Of a stretch of 64,000 bases of DNA, positions 48,431-58,759 are shown piece after piece. The DNA is taken from NCBI GenBank assembly GCA_043719805.1, contig JAYSTI010000051.1, forward strand, positions 36,816 to 100,815, in the 5' to 3' direction. The notes below the pieces were generated by a model. The model saw nothing but the letters and a program-made list of their open reading frames with translations. It was not told where the DNA came from and ran no database searches. The number at the start of each line of letters is the position of its first letter. Position 1 is the stretch's first letter. A program made the position numbers and the translations under genes. This stretch comes from Candidatus Lloydbacteria bacterium. GTDB taxonomy: Bacteria > Patescibacteriota > Minisyncoccia > Phycocordibacterales > UBA6899.

Positions 48431-49654
48431 TTGGGGAAGGCGTGGTATAATTTTTGCATGTCGATATTTCACCGCAAGCTAAAAAGCGGGCAACATTTCA
48501 TCATCATTTTTGATATTGGTAGTGCTTCGATTGGAGGTGCTTTTGTGAGCATCGATCCGACGCGAATTCCCGAAGTGATATTTTCGATACGACGTGATAT
48601 TCCATTTCAGGAAAAGCTCAGTTTTGAGCGATTTCTTGCTTCGATGATTGCCACAATGAAGGAAATGTTTGAGACAATGCAAAAGGCCGGTGGAGGGGTG
48701 AAGGTGGATCAGGCATACTGTATCCTCGCCTCTCCTTGGTACGCCTCGCAGACCAGACTTGTTCACTACAATCAGCCAACCCCGTTCTTGGTTACGGAAA
48801 AGGGCCTTTCGAAACTCATTCAAAAGGAGATCGGGCTTTTCAGAGATTCGAAACTTTTTGAGCACGCAAAGATTGACAATACTCCTCCGGAGATAATGGA
48901 ATCAAAAAGTATTCAGTTGAAACTCAATGGATATGAGGTAAAAAACCCTTTTGGAAAACGCGCCTCCGAGCTCGAAATTGCCTTGTACATCAGCATGATT
49001 CCGGCAAATATTTTTTCATCGATTAGTGATGTCATTACACAGTTTTGGCATATTCCCAAAGTGCATTTTTCATCGTTCTCATTTACTGCGTTCGACACGA
49101 TTAGAGATATCTTTGCTGATGAATCTAGTTTTTTGTTCATGGACATCTCCGGAGAAGTGACAGACATTTCACTCGCAAAAGACAACGTGCTACTTGAGTC
49201 CATATCATTTCCTGCGGGGAAAAACATGCTCATTCGATCTCTCATTAAGGGCATGCACTCAACTCCTACTGCGGCAACGTCAGAAATGAGGTTGTATTTA
49301 GAAGGAAAATTCAGCCGAGAGCACGCAAAACAAATTGAAGATATACTTAGTGTGGAGACAAAAGAGTGGAAGATATTTTTTGAAGACGCACTTTCCCAAT
49401 TCGCCACAGAATTTCCAATTCCCAGAACATTATTTTATACTGCAGACGATGATGTAACGAAATGGTTCGAGGGGGCGATTCATCAGGCAAATTTCAAACG
49501 CTTTTCACAGGACGAGGGGCAATTTATAGTGCGGTCTTTGGGGAATGCATTTCTGAGTAAATTCATTCAAGTTCAGGAGCCTGACTTCCAAGACCCATTC
49601 CTTGCTATCGAAACGATATTTGCAAATAAACTCACTTCATTATCAAAAAAATAA
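48431..49654 (+). CDS. actin-fold ATPase-like protein (FtsA/PilM-like)
   Basis: phosphate-1-like IIIFDIGSASIGGAFV and phosphate-2-like FLFMDISGEVTDISLAKDN motifs. Confidence 0.45.
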   Translation: MGKAWYNFCMSIFHRKLKSGQHFIIIFDIGSASIGGAFVSIDPTRIPEVIFSIRRDIPFQEKLSFERFLASMIATMKEMFETMQKAGGGVKVDQAYCILASPWYASQTRLVHYNQPTPFLVTEKGLSKLIQKEIGLFRDSKLFEHAKIDNTPPEIMESKSIQLKLNGYEVKNPFGKRASELEIALYISMIPANIFSSISDVITQFWHIPKVHFSSFSFTAFDTIRDIFADESSFLFMDISGEVTDISLAKDNVLLESISFPAGKNMLIRSLIKGMHSTPTAATSEMRLYLEGKFSREHAKQIEDILSVETKEWKIFFEDALSQFATEFPIPRTLFYTADDDVTKWFEGAIHQANFKRFSQDEGQFIVRSLGNAFLSKFIQVQEPDFQDPFLAIETIFANKLTSLSKK

Positions 49655-49664
49655 GCTCATCATT

Positions 49665-51263
49665 ATGGCTAAATATTTAATTCAAGATATTATTCCTCCA
49701 GAGAAAAGTGGACAAAGCAAGGTAAGTGTAAAAATAATTCACCACAAGGCACCGGAGAAAACCCATGCACATGCTACGCACCGTGCAGTTGTGCACACCT
49801 CCGTACACCATGCCAAAAAAAGTGTTCATGAGACGCACGTTGAGGAATTGGAGATTAGCGATGAAGAGCAGGTGGTTATTGAGAATCCAAAGTCGATGAT
49901 TCTTGACCAACTGAATGGCAAAGATGCCGTGGAGCCGGAACAGCCCGAGGTGAAGCATGAGCAAAATTATTTCTCAAGCGATCCGGAACCTGAAGTGGCC
50001 GCAAAAACCTGGCCTTATAAAAAGAGCGAGGAACGGGTCGGGGCGTATGTTCCACCATCGTCAAACATGAATTTTACCCATAGAGAGGGCCGCTCGGGCA
50101 ATCGGTCGTCTTGGATGGGTGGATGGATGCCATGGATTGTCGGCGTAGCATTTTTGGGCATTGGTCTCGTTGTGGGAATGAATTACTTTTCCGGTGCAAC
50201 CATTACCGTGCTCCCCAAACGAGGTGCCATACCAATGGACCAAAAAATGACAATCCTAAAAAGTCCCCTGAATGGTGAGCTGTCCTTTTCTGTCATGAAA
50301 ATTGTTCTTGAAGAAACACGAGAAGTGCCCGCCACCGGTGAAAAAGCTGTCACTGCGAAAGCCTCGGGAAAAATCATAGTCTACAACACTCAGTCTCTAC
50401 CACAGCGACTGATAAAAAATACTAGGTTTCAAAGCCCGTCAGGAAAAATTTACCGTATCAATGATTCAATTACTGTACCCAAGGCCACCGTTAAGGCCGG
50501 AAAAACTACGCCGGGAAGTTTCGGGGTTACTGTTTACGCAGATGAAGCCGGACCAGATTTCAACAGCGCCCCAGTTGACTTTACTGTCCCCGGACTGAAG
50601 GGTTCGCCGACGTTCGATAAAGTATATGCACGTTCCAACGGGCCGCTGGCCGGAGGTGCATCAGGAACCATAAAGAGCGTTTCGGATCTTGACCTTAAGC
50701 AGGCAAGCGATGATCTTCGCATACAACTTGAAACAAAGCTTCGCACCAAAGCGCGCAGCGACTTGGGCCCAAGTCAGATCGGCTATGACCAGGGGATGGT
50801 CGTTGAGCTTGCGGATGCCGCTCTTTCAAAGGCCCCTTCTTCGAGCCCGGATAAGGCGGTTGTCTCACAGACTGGCACTTTATACTTTCTTACGATGAAC
50901 AGGGATGAGCTGACGCGTGCAATTGTGCGCTCGCTTATACCTACTTGGAACGGGGAGGACGTCACAATCACCAATCTTGAAACCATAGAGCTTGGTTTGA
51001 CTGAATCGGGTGGCGAAATACTCTGGAAAAGCGAGAAACTTGATATTTCGATGAAGGGCACTCCGGCACTTGATTGGAAGATTAACGAATCTGCGATAAA
51101 AAAAGTATTACTAGGTGCACCAAAAGATAGCTTTAATGCTATTCTTGCCCAGTTCTCCACAATAGATCGCGCCAAGGCAACGATTCATCCGGTTTGGAAG
51201 CGTTCGTTCCCATCTAAAGAAAAGGATATCGTCATTGTGGTAGTTGACGCCATGCCGAATTAG
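49665..51263 (+). CDS. hypothetical bitopic membrane protein with large C-terminal extracytoplasmic domain
   Basis: basic/His-rich N-terminal ~170 aa, single TM WMPWIVGVAFLGIGLVVGMNYF, ~340-aa C-terminal domain. Confidence 0.4.
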   Translation: MAKYLIQDIIPPEKSGQSKVSVKIIHHKAPEKTHAHATHRAVVHTSVHHAKKSVHETHVEELEISDEEQVVIENPKSMILDQLNGKDAVEPEQPEVKHEQNYFSSDPEPEVAAKTWPYKKSEERVGAYVPPSSNMNFTHREGRSGNRSSWMGGWMPWIVGVAFLGIGLVVGMNYFSGATITVLPKRGAIPMDQKMTILKSPLNGELSFSVMKIVLEETREVPATGEKAVTAKASGKIIVYNTQSLPQRLIKNTRFQSPSGKIYRINDSITVPKATVKAGKTTPGSFGVTVYADEAGPDFNSAPVDFTVPGLKGSPTFDKVYARSNGPLAGGASGTIKSVSDLDLKQASDDLRIQLETKLRTKARSDLGPSQIGYDQGMVVELADAALSKAPSSSPDKAVVSQTGTLYFLTMNRDELTRAIVRSLIPTWNGEDVTITNLETIELGLTESGGEILWKSEKLDISMKGTPALDWKINESAIKKVLLGAPKDSFNAILAQFSTIDRAKATIHPVWKRSFPSKEKDIVIVVVDAMPN

Positions 51264-51356
51264 GACTCAACATGAGCGTATTTGACCATTTTGGCGTACA
51301 TACTTGCCTAATGCTCAAAAAATGAGAGCTATTCACACATTAGCAGCAAAAGGGGC

Positions 51357-51385
51357 TTGACCAACTTAAATGCCTCTGCTAGTAT
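51357..51385 (+). promoter_or_regulatory. candidate promoter TTGACC-17-TAGTAT upstream of infA-rpmJ-rpsM-rpsK-rpsD-rpoA-rplQ
   Basis: TTGACC 51357-51362, TAGTAT 51380-51385. Confidence 0.4.
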
Positions 51386-51404
51386 CTGGACACCCATTTT
51401 TGAC

Positions 51405-51623
51405 ATGAGTGACGACAAGCAAAAGGAGTCGACGATCTTAGGAACGATCATCGAAGCTCTCCCAAACACAATGTTTCGTGTCCAGACCGAAACTGGACCG
51501 GAAGTACTTGCGTACCTTTCTGGAAAAATGCGTATCCATCGTATTAAGGTTCTTGTTGGTGACAAGGTGTCGCTGGAAGATAATCCTTATGGTGGGAAAT
51601 TGAGAATCGTTAAACGAATGTAA
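51405..51623 (+). CDS. infA: translation initiation factor IF-1
   Basis: MSDDKQKESTILGTIIEALPNTMFRVQTETGPEVLAYLSGKMRIHRIKVLVGDKV. Confidence 0.85.
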   Translation: MSDDKQKESTILGTIIEALPNTMFRVQTETGPEVLAYLSGKMRIHRIKVLVGDKVSLEDNPYGGKLRIVKRM

Positions 51624-51689
51624 TTTGAGTCTAATGAGACAATCTCGTACGACAATCGTGCCGTATCGAGTCTTGTTTTTATCACATAT

Positions 51690-51803
51690 ATGCGCGTAAG
51701 AGCTTCAGTTAAAAAAATTTGTGCGAAATGTAAATCCGTCAGACGTCGGGGGAATATTTACGTTATCTGCGAGAATCCCCGACATAAGCAAAAGCAAGGC
51801 TAA
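51690..51803 (+). CDS. rpmJ: 50S ribosomal protein L36 (37 aa; below ORF-track cutoff)
   Basis: ATG at 51690; [37 protein letters not shown], canonical L36 with C..C...C..H zinc ribbon. Confidence 0.85.
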   Translation: MRVRASVKKICAKCKSVRRRGNIYVICENPRHKQKQG

Positions 51804-51814
51804 TTTTTTCTATT

Positions 51815-52195
51815 ATGCGTATCCTTGGTATTACCGTTCCGGAGAATAAACAATTGTGGGTTGGACTCACCGTTTTTTATGGTATCGGATTCATGACGGC
51901 AAAGAAGATTTTAAAAGAGGCTGGAGTACCGGAGACAAAAAAGCCGGCGGAAATTTCAACCGACGAAGAGGCGAAAATTCGTAAGCAAATTGAGGGCATG
52001 AAGATCGAAGGTGATCTCAAGCGGGAAAAGGCAGCGAACATCAAGCGTTTAAAAGATATAAAATCCTACCGAGGAATGCGTCATTCTCGCGGGCTCCCAT
52101 CGAGAGGGCAGCGCACGAAGACCAACTCGCGTACAGTAAGAGGAAATGTACGAAAGACGATGGGCAGCGGTCGACGCAAGCTCGAAAAGAAATAA
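51815..52195 (+). CDS. rpsM: 30S ribosomal protein S13
   Basis: MRILGITVPENKQ...GIG...RGQRTKTNSRT. Confidence 0.9.
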   Translation: MRILGITVPENKQLWVGLTVFYGIGFMTAKKILKEAGVPETKKPAEISTDEEAKIRKQIEGMKIEGDLKREKAANIKRLKDIKSYRGMRHSRGLPSRGQRTKTNSRTVRGNVRKTMGSGRRKLEKK

Positions 52196-52226
52196 TCAAT
52201 GACATTAACAGCGTAAGCAACGAACA

Positions 52227-52661
52227 ATGGGTAAGAAACGAATAGTCAAAAAGGCGGGAGGCAGCGTAGACCAAGGACTTAAGGCACGCTCTCTTTCTCG
52301 TGTGCCAAAAAAGAAAATCTCGCATGCGATCCTCAACATTCAGTCGACCTACAACAACACCATTGTGTCGCTTGCGGACTCTGAGGGCAAAGTGCTTATG
52401 TGGTCAACCTCCGGTTCTCTCGGATTTAATGGCGCAAAAAAAGGCACACCGTTCGCAGCAGCAAAGATCGGTGAACTTCTCGCTGAAAAGGCACAGCTGA
52501 TGGGACTCAAGTCTGTAGATGCAATTGTGAAGGGCGTAGGATCAGGTCGTGAATCTGCAATCCGCGCGTTCATCGCAAAAGGCGTAGAAATCACCTCAAT
52601 CAAAGATAAGACCCCAGTTCCTCACAATGGCCCACGAGCCAAAAAGCCTCGTCGCATTTAA
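52227..52661 (+). CDS. rpsK: 30S ribosomal protein S11
   Basis: AILNIQSTYNNTIVSLADSEGKVLMWSTSGSLGFNGAKKGTPFAA. Confidence 0.9.
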   Translation: MGKKRIVKKAGGSVDQGLKARSLSRVPKKKISHAILNIQSTYNNTIVSLADSEGKVLMWSTSGSLGFNGAKKGTPFAAAKIGELLAEKAQLMGLKSVDAIVKGVGSGRESAIRAFIAKGVEITSIKDKTPVPHNGPRAKKPRRI

Positions 52662-52679
52662 TATTTTTTTATCACCATC

Positions 52680-53288
52680 ATGAGCAGAGTTAAATGTAAA
52701 GTTTGTCGTCGTCTCGGAGAATCCATTTGTGGACGCAAGAAGTGCGCCATAATTAACCGCCCGATGCCTCCTGGAAAGCCCATCAGCGAGCGCAAGCACC
52801 GGAGTATGGTCACAGAGTATGGTATTCAGCTCAAGGAGAAACAAAAGTTACGCAGGACTTATGGAGTTTCTGAAAAGCAATTCCGTAGTTATGTCAAAAA
52901 AGCAGCAGATGAGAAGGGCTCACCCGTTGATAACTTGATTGAAAATCTTGAACGTCGCTTGGACAACGTAGTGTACCGTCTTGGGTTTGCCGTGAACCGT
53001 ACGCAGGCAAGGCAGATGGTATCACACGGACACTTTGTAATTGGAAAAAGAAAAATTACCATCCCTTCATATCGCGTAACTCTTGGTGAAATTGTGACAG
53101 TTCGTGAGGGTAGTAGGAAATCTTCTCTTTTCGCAAACGCTTCAGAAACATTAAGTAAGCATTCAGCTCCCGAATGGCTAAACTTTGATCCCACCAAGCT
53201 TACCGCCGTCGTGAAGGGGACTCCAAAATATGACAAGAACACTCTGAGTTTCAACGTACAGTCCGTTATTGAGTTCTACAGTCGCTAG
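52680..53288 (+). CDS. rpsD: 30S ribosomal protein S4 (zinc-ribbon type)
   Basis: CKVCRRLGESICGRKKC Cys4, S4 RNA-binding domain. Confidence 0.9.
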   Translation: MSRVKCKVCRRLGESICGRKKCAIINRPMPPGKPISERKHRSMVTEYGIQLKEKQKLRRTYGVSEKQFRSYVKKAADEKGSPVDNLIENLERRLDNVVYRLGFAVNRTQARQMVSHGHFVIGKRKITIPSYRVTLGEIVTVREGSRKSSLFANASETLSKHSAPEWLNFDPTKLTAVVKGTPKYDKNTLSFNVQSVIEFYSR

Positions 53289-53356
53289 TCAACCACTAGG
53301 AGGTGTTGTATAATATTTTAGCAAAGTCGAAATTAGCCCTTGTTATTAAGCCTTAA

Positions 53357-54343
53357 TTGCCAATTGCCATGCCTGACTACAATGTCGCGTTGCCATCGAA
53401 GCCAAAACCTATCCGTGAGGAAGGTTCTATGGGAGTGTACGAGATAGAGGGACTTTACCCCGGGTACGGTCATACCCTAGGAAACTCACTGCGACGCATC
53501 ATTCTTTCATCGCTGCCCGGTGCTGCGCTCACATCGCTTAAGATTGATGGTGTTTTGCATGAATTTTCAACGATTGATGGAATGAAGGAGGATGTCATTA
53601 CTTTTATTTTGAACCTGAAGAAGGTGCGCATCAAGATGCACACCGACGAGCCTCAGACGATTACCTTGTCTCTTAAGGGAGCAAAGAAAGTAACTGCAAA
53701 GGACCTCACCATCGGTGGTCAGGTAGAAATTTTGAACCCCGATCAGTACATCTGTGAGCTTACAGACAAGAATGCGGCCATCAATGCAGAGATAAGGGTT
53801 GAAAAAGGTCTTGGATATCTTGCAAAGGAGGCAATTCAGAAAGAGAAGGTTGAAATTGGTACAATTGCACTTGATGCGGCATTCACTCCAATCCGTCGTG
53901 TAAACTACGAAGTCGAGACAATGCGCGTTGGGGATAGAACTGACTACAATCGTTTGAAAATCACCATTGAGACCGACGGAACACTTACACCACGCTCAGC
54001 CGTTGAGAACGCCATCGAGATTATGATTCACCAGCTAAAGGCAATCATCGGCTTTAAGGAAGAGGAACTCATCAGCGAAGTTGTTCCTGAAATGTCACCG
54101 GAGTCTGAAGAGTCCACTGAAGGAGAAGGGGGGGTTGATACCGAATTTTTGAAGACTCGCATTGACTCACTCGACCTTTCCGCGCGCACTCAGAATGCGC
54201 TCACTGGAGCCAATATCCGCACCGTCGGAGGACTCGTCCGCAAGAAGGAGGAGGACCTGATGGACCTTGACGGACTTGGAGAAAAGGGAGTTCAGGAGAT
54301 TAAGCGTGCGCTGTCAAACTTTGGCGTCACGCTGAAGCAATAA
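53357..54343 (+). CDS. rpoA: DNA-directed RNA polymerase alpha subunit
   Basis: GYGHTLGNSLRRIILSSLPGAALTSLKIDGVLHEFS...; C-terminal domain. Confidence 0.9.
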   Translation: MPIAMPDYNVALPSKPKPIREEGSMGVYEIEGLYPGYGHTLGNSLRRIILSSLPGAALTSLKIDGVLHEFSTIDGMKEDVITFILNLKKVRIKMHTDEPQTITLSLKGAKKVTAKDLTIGGQVEILNPDQYICELTDKNAAINAEIRVEKGLGYLAKEAIQKEKVEIGTIALDAAFTPIRRVNYEVETMRVGDRTDYNRLKITIETDGTLTPRSAVENAIEIMIHQLKAIIGFKEEELISEVVPEMSPESEESTEGEGGVDTEFLKTRIDSLDLSARTQNALTGANIRTVGGLVRKKEEDLMDLDGLGEKGVQEIKRALSNFGVTLKQ

Positions 54344-54378
54344 TTTAGATTTACCGGTAATCATTACTAAACACGCAT

Positions 54379-54738
54379 ATGAGACATCACAACAAAAACA
54401 AGAAATTCGGACGACAGGCGGGAGTACGTGAGGCACTCATGCGTTCTTTAGTGCTCTCACTTTTGACGCACGAAAAGATAATGACCACCGAGGCAAAGGC
54501 AAAGGCATTGCGACCTTTGGTTGAGAAGATGATTTCGAAGGCGCGTGAGGGTGGAGTACCGGTCGTACGACTCATCAAGTCGCGTCTTTACAACAACATC
54601 GACATCACCAACAAGCTTGTGAAGGAGATCGCACCACGATACATCGATCGCAAAGGCGGATACACGCGCATTACAAAGATCGGACAGCGAAGCGGTCGAG
54701 GTGACGCAAGTCCACTTGCAACGATCGAACTTATTTAA
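54379..54738 (+). CDS. rplQ: 50S ribosomal protein L17
   Basis: MRHHNKNKKFGRQAGVREALMRSLVLSLLTHEKIMTTEAKAKALRP. Confidence 0.9.
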   Translation: MRHHNKNKKFGRQAGVREALMRSLVLSLLTHEKIMTTEAKAKALRPLVEKMISKAREGGVPVVRLIKSRLYNNIDITNKLVKEIAPRYIDRKGGYTRITKIGQRSGRGDASPLATIELI

Positions 54739-54760
54739 TTCTTACCAAAAGAACACCACC

Positions 54761-55105
54761 ATGGAACATGTCATAGACGCAACAGGAAGAGCTCTCGGTC
54801 GAGTCGCAAGCGAAGCGGCCTCAGTCCTTTTGGCTAAGAACACGACTTCAGGCGCAAAGAACGTTGTGGCAAATGTCACGGTTCGCGTGAAGAATGCGAG
54901 TGCGCTTGCCATCTCGGTCAAGAAAATGAAGCAGAAGACCTATCACAGTCACAGTGGTTACCTTGGTAGTGACCGCGCACTTACGTTGAGCCACATCATC
55001 GAGAAGAAGGGCCACGGTGAAGCGCTCATCCGCGCCGTCAAGGGAATGCTTCCGACAAACACACTTCGCGACAAGAGACTTAAACATTTAATTATTGAAG
55101 ACTAA
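54761..55105 (+). CDS. rplM: 50S ribosomal protein L13
   Basis: VIDATGRALGRVASEAA...AVKGMLPTNTLRDKRLKHL; start at ATG 54761 (track start 54701 would overlap rplQ). Confidence 0.85.
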   Translation: MEHVIDATGRALGRVASEAASVLLAKNTTSGAKNVVANVTVRVKNASALAISVKKMKQKTYHSHSGYLGSDRALTLSHIIEKKGHGEALIRAVKGMLPTNTLRDKRLKHLIIED

Positions 55106-55109
55106 ACGT

Positions 55110-55571
55110 ATGTCTACAGCAGCAACACCAAAACCAAAATCCGCAGCAAAGCCCGCAACAAAAGCGGCTGCGAAAGGCACCGCGAGGTACATCGAAGCAG
55201 TGGGGCGCCGAAAGACCGCGATTGCTCGTGTGCGCGCCACAGAGTCGACAAAGAACTCATTCAAGGTCAACGACCGCACTCTTGAAAGCTACTTTGGCAC
55301 AATGGAGCTCCAGTCAATCGTCAATGCGCCGCTGGATCGCGATGGATTTGTCGTAAAGTACTCTGTTACCGTAAAGGTGGTTGGTGGCGGTATCCATGCA
55401 CAGGCTGAGGCTATCCGACACGGACTTTCACGCATCATCGTCATGGAGGACGCAGAGCAGAAGGCTGAACTCAAGAAGCTTGGATTCATTCGCCGCGACC
55501 CGCGCAAGAAAGAGCGCAAGCATTTCGGACTCAAGAAGGCACGTAAAGCCTCCCAGTGGTCCAAGCGTTAA
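55110..55571 (+). CDS. rpsI: 30S ribosomal protein S9
   Basis: GRRKTAIARVRA...GGGIHAQAEAIRHGLSR...RRDPRKKERKHFGLKKARKASQWSKR. Confidence 0.9.
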   Translation: MSTAATPKPKSAAKPATKAAAKGTARYIEAVGRRKTAIARVRATESTKNSFKVNDRTLESYFGTMELQSIVNAPLDRDGFVVKYSVTVKVVGGGIHAQAEAIRHGLSRIIVMEDAEQKAELKKLGFIRRDPRKKERKHFGLKKARKASQWSKR

Positions 55572-55738
55572 TCACAAAATTTGGGCAAATTTCTTTGTTG
55601 ACTGCGGCGCGAGTCCGGTGAACATATCGCTCAATGTCCACTCGGACATCGCATCTTTGTCGCATCGAACTTCATCCCAAATTACGTGATTAAGAGTTTT
55701 TTGATATTCACTTTATTTTTTGATACACTCAAGCTAAT

Positions 55739-56377
55739 ATGGACGATAAACAAAAAGGAGACATCGGGGGTGATTCAACCAAGGGCTATAACCTTGGTGG
55801 TGGAGTCGATATCGTGAGTGCGATGGACGACGCTGATGACGTCCAAATAGAGTCATATAACGATGACGTAGACGGAGGAGGGGAAATGACCCCGCAGGAC
55901 CACATTAAGCGTCTGCGTGAGAAGCTCCGCACGTCCAATGCAGAAAGGCAGGAATATCTCGACGGCTGGCAGAGACTGAAGGCGGACTATGTCAATTACA
56001 AGAAACGAGAAGATGAAAGTAAGAGTGAGTTTTTGAAATTTGCACGCGAAGGTTTGATTGGCGATTTACTACCCGTGCTTGAGAGTTTTCACATGGCATT
56101 TGCCAACAAGGAAGCATGGGCCAAAGTAGACCCAACATGGAGAGTCGGTGTGGAGTACATACACACCCAATTACTTCAGGTGCTTGCCGGCCACGGACTC
56201 ACCGAGCTTGATCCTACGGGGTTGCCTTTTAATCCAAACGAGCACACGTCAATTGGCACCGTTCCTACGGACGACGCCTCACTTGACCACAAAATCGCCG
56301 AGGTCGCTCAGTTGGGCTATCGATTGGCCGGAAAACTCATCAGGTCGCCGAGAGTGAAAATTTACGCTAAGGCATAA
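55739..56377 (+). CDS. grpE: nucleotide exchange factor GrpE
   Basis: coiled-coil LKADYVNYKKR...LLPVLESFHMAF... Confidence 0.85.
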   Translation: MDDKQKGDIGGDSTKGYNLGGGVDIVSAMDDADDVQIESYNDDVDGGGEMTPQDHIKRLREKLRTSNAERQEYLDGWQRLKADYVNYKKREDESKSEFLKFAREGLIGDLLPVLESFHMAFANKEAWAKVDPTWRVGVEYIHTQLLQVLAGHGLTELDPTGLPFNPNEHTSIGTVPTDDASLDHKIAEVAQLGYRLAGKLIRSPRVKIYAKA

Positions 56378-56476
56378 TACTATGCAACCTTTTGACAAAA
56401 GAGCAAGTAACAGTGTATACCTAGTTCTGTGCTCGATTTAAATTAACAATTTTATTCATATTTCACATTCAATCAT

Positions 56477-58369
56477 ATGGCAAAAGTACTTGGAATTGAC
56501 TTGGGGACGACAAACTCGGCGATGGCTATCGTAGAGGCCGGCGAGCCGAAGATAGTCGAAAACATTGAAGGCGTACGCACAACGCCGTCTATTATTGCAC
56601 TCTCAAAGACAGGTGAGCGCTTGGTTGGTCTTTCCGCAAAGCGCCAGGCGGTGACGAATCCTGAGAATACACTGTACGAAATCAAGCGTCTTATCGGGCA
56701 CAGCTTCGAAGAAGAGTCTGTTCAGCGCGACCAGAAGGTTGCCGCGTTCAAAATTGAGCGCGGGGACAATGGCGGCGTGAAGGTGAAAATGGGAGACAAG
56801 TATTTCCGCCCGGAAGAAATCTCGGCTATGGTGCTTTCGAAATTGAAGGCAGATGCTGAGGCAAAGATTGGAGAGACAATCACTGATGCGGTCATCACCG
56901 TACCTGCGTACTTCAACGATGCACAACGGCAGGCGACCAAAGACGCTGGAACAATTGCGGGATTCAACGTACTGCGCATAATCAATGAACCAACGGCTGC
57001 CGCACTCGCCTATGGATTCGACAAGAAAAAGAATGAGAAGATCGTCGTTTACGATTTCGGAGGAGGAACGTTTGATGTTTCTGTTCTTGAGGTCGGTGAC
57101 GATGTGATTGAAGTGAAATCCACCGATGGAGACAGTCATATGGGTGGCGGTGACATTGATCAAAAGATTATGGCTTGGATTGTTGCTGAATTCAAAAAAG
57201 AGTCAGGCATCGACGTTTCAAAGGACGTCCTTGCAACACAGCGATTGAAAGAGGCTGCAGAAAAGACAAAGCATGAGCTTTCAAATATTCCTGAGTCTGA
57301 AATTAATATTCCGTTCATCACCTCAAATGCCGACGGACCAAAGCATCTTCTCCTCAAGATGTCCCGTGCAAAGCTTGAAGAACTTGCAATGGAGTACGTA
57401 GACCGCTCAATAGAGATAACCAAGCGCGCTCTGGAGGCCTCAGGGCTCAAGGTGGGTGATATCAACGAGATATTGCTCGTTGGGGGCCAGACGCGCATGC
57501 CGCTCATGATAGCGCGCGTGAAGGAATTTTTTGGAAAGGAGCCGAACCGTACCATCAATCCGGACGAAGTCGTTGCGGTTGGTGCGGCAATTCAGGGTGG
57601 AATTTTGAAGGGCGACGTGAAAGACATTCTTTTGCTAGACGTGATTCCACTATCATTTGGGATTGAAACAATGGGAGGTATCGCCACGAAATTGATTGAG
57701 CGAAACACCACTATTCCTGCGTCACGCTCACAGATATTCTCTACTGCGGCAGACAACCAGACATCTGTTGAGGTGCACGTGTATCAGGGAGAACGAGGAA
57801 TGGCGACAGACAACAAGTCACTAGGCCGATTTATTCTCGACGGCATTCCGCCGGCACCGCGTGGTATGCCTCAGGTTGAAGTTACCTTCGATGTCGATGT
57901 GAATGGTATTCTTTCGGTCAAAGCAAAAGACAAGACATCAGGCAAAGAGCAATCCATTCGCATCGAAGCACGTTCATCGCTTTCAAAGGATGATATCGAG
58001 CGAATGAAGAAAGAGGCGGAGGTTCATGCGGATGCGGACAAACTGAAGCAAGAGGCCGTTGAGGTCAAGAATATCGCTGAGACGCTCGTATATACAGCGG
58101 AGAAGGCACTCAAGGACAACGGCGACAAGATTCCCGCAGACATCATGGCGGATGTCGAGGCAAAGATTGCGGAGGTCAAAAAGGTCAAGGACGGCACCGA
58201 CATGGAGGCCACCAAGAAAGCCACCGAGGAACTATCTACTCATTTGCAAAAAATCGGTGAAGCAATGGCAAAAGAGGCAAGTACGCACGAGGGTGTGCCG
58301 CAGACGCCACCCGAGGAAGGCGCTCCGGATGCCGGCACCCCACCGGAGGGGAAGGTGCACGACGTCTAA
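56477..58369 (+). CDS. dnaK: molecular chaperone DnaK (Hsp70)
   Basis: [41 protein letters not shown]. Confidence 0.95.
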   Translation: MAKVLGIDLGTTNSAMAIVEAGEPKIVENIEGVRTTPSIIALSKTGERLVGLSAKRQAVTNPENTLYEIKRLIGHSFEEESVQRDQKVAAFKIERGDNGGVKVKMGDKYFRPEEISAMVLSKLKADAEAKIGETITDAVITVPAYFNDAQRQATKDAGTIAGFNVLRIINEPTAAALAYGFDKKKNEKIVVYDFGGGTFDVSVLEVGDDVIEVKSTDGDSHMGGGDIDQKIMAWIVAEFKKESGIDVSKDVLATQRLKEAAEKTKHELSNIPESEINIPFITSNADGPKHLLLKMSRAKLEELAMEYVDRSIEITKRALEASGLKVGDINEILLVGGQTRMPLMIARVKEFFGKEPNRTINPDEVVAVGAAIQGGILKGDVKDILLLDVIPLSFGIETMGGIATKLIERNTTIPASRSQIFSTAADNQTSVEVHVYQGERGMATDNKSLGRFILDGIPPAPRGMPQVEVTFDVDVNGILSVKAKDKTSGKEQSIRIEARSSLSKDDIERMKKEAEVHADADKLKQEAVEVKNIAETLVYTAEKALKDNGDKIPADIMADVEAKIAEVKKVKDGTDMEATKKATEELSTHLQKIGEAMAKEASTHEGVPQTPPEEGAPDAGTPPEGKVHDV

Positions 58370-58375
58370 CAAGAG

Positions 58376-58413
58376 CAAAAAGACCGAGCAGCAATGCTCG
58401 GTCCTTTTGTTTA
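58376..58413 (+). terminator. strong rho-independent terminator after dnaK
   Basis: aaaaGACCGAGCA-gcaa-TGCTCGGTC-cttttgttt, perfect 9-bp GC-rich stem. Confidence 0.6.
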
Positions 58414-58428
58414 TCAAATTTTCCGACA

Positions 58429-58452
58429 AAAAAACCCTACCGAAGTAGGGCC
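58429..58452 (-). terminator. hairpin terminator for the minus-strand small gene; sequence-related to the 14020 hairpin
   Basis: aaaaaaaccctac-cgaa-gtaggg (T-tract on minus strand). Confidence 0.45.
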
Positions 58453-58472
58453 GTGAGGTTGCGAGCGTTGGC

Positions 58473-58730
58473 TCAGGAATTCGTCAAAGGTGCCGGACGA
58501 ATGTGTTCTTGGGTTTCATCCGCGTACACCGCGAACCCACCTTGAACGAGCTTGTTGAACCAGCGCCGCACCGTCTGAATCGAACGGCCCGTATCACCGG
58601 CCACGGGGTGAACGTGAAGTCCGCCATGAAAGGCGAGGCGACTTTTCATCGCAGGCTCCCAGCCTTTCTTGAGCTCGTCATTCCAAAGTGCTTCTGCGTG
58701 ATCTTTTTTTGCCATTCCTGTTCCTTTCAA
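58473..58730 (-). CDS. hypothetical small protein (possible HTH) in GC-richer insertion between dnaK and dnaJ
   Basis: 85-aa ORF; ...TGRSIQTVRRWFNKL helix-turn-helix-like segment; weak. Confidence 0.3.
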   Translation of the reverse strand: MKGTGMAKKDHAEALWNDELKKGWEPAMKSRLAFHGGLHVHPVAGDTGRSIQTVRRWFNKLVQGGFAVYADETQEHIRPAPLTNS

Positions 58731-58759
58731 AGTGCCGTTAGGGGGCTGTTACCGGCTGT

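Noticed and set aside
55572-55738. Searched for a CIRCE (HrcA) operator upstream of grpE-dnaK
   Set aside because: No TTAGCACTC-N9-GAGTGCTAA-like inverted repeat found; only a weak imperfect repeat around 55610-55650
56603-57163. 186-aa minus-strand ORF inside dnaK (also 57160-57558)
   Set aside because: Antisense to dnaK
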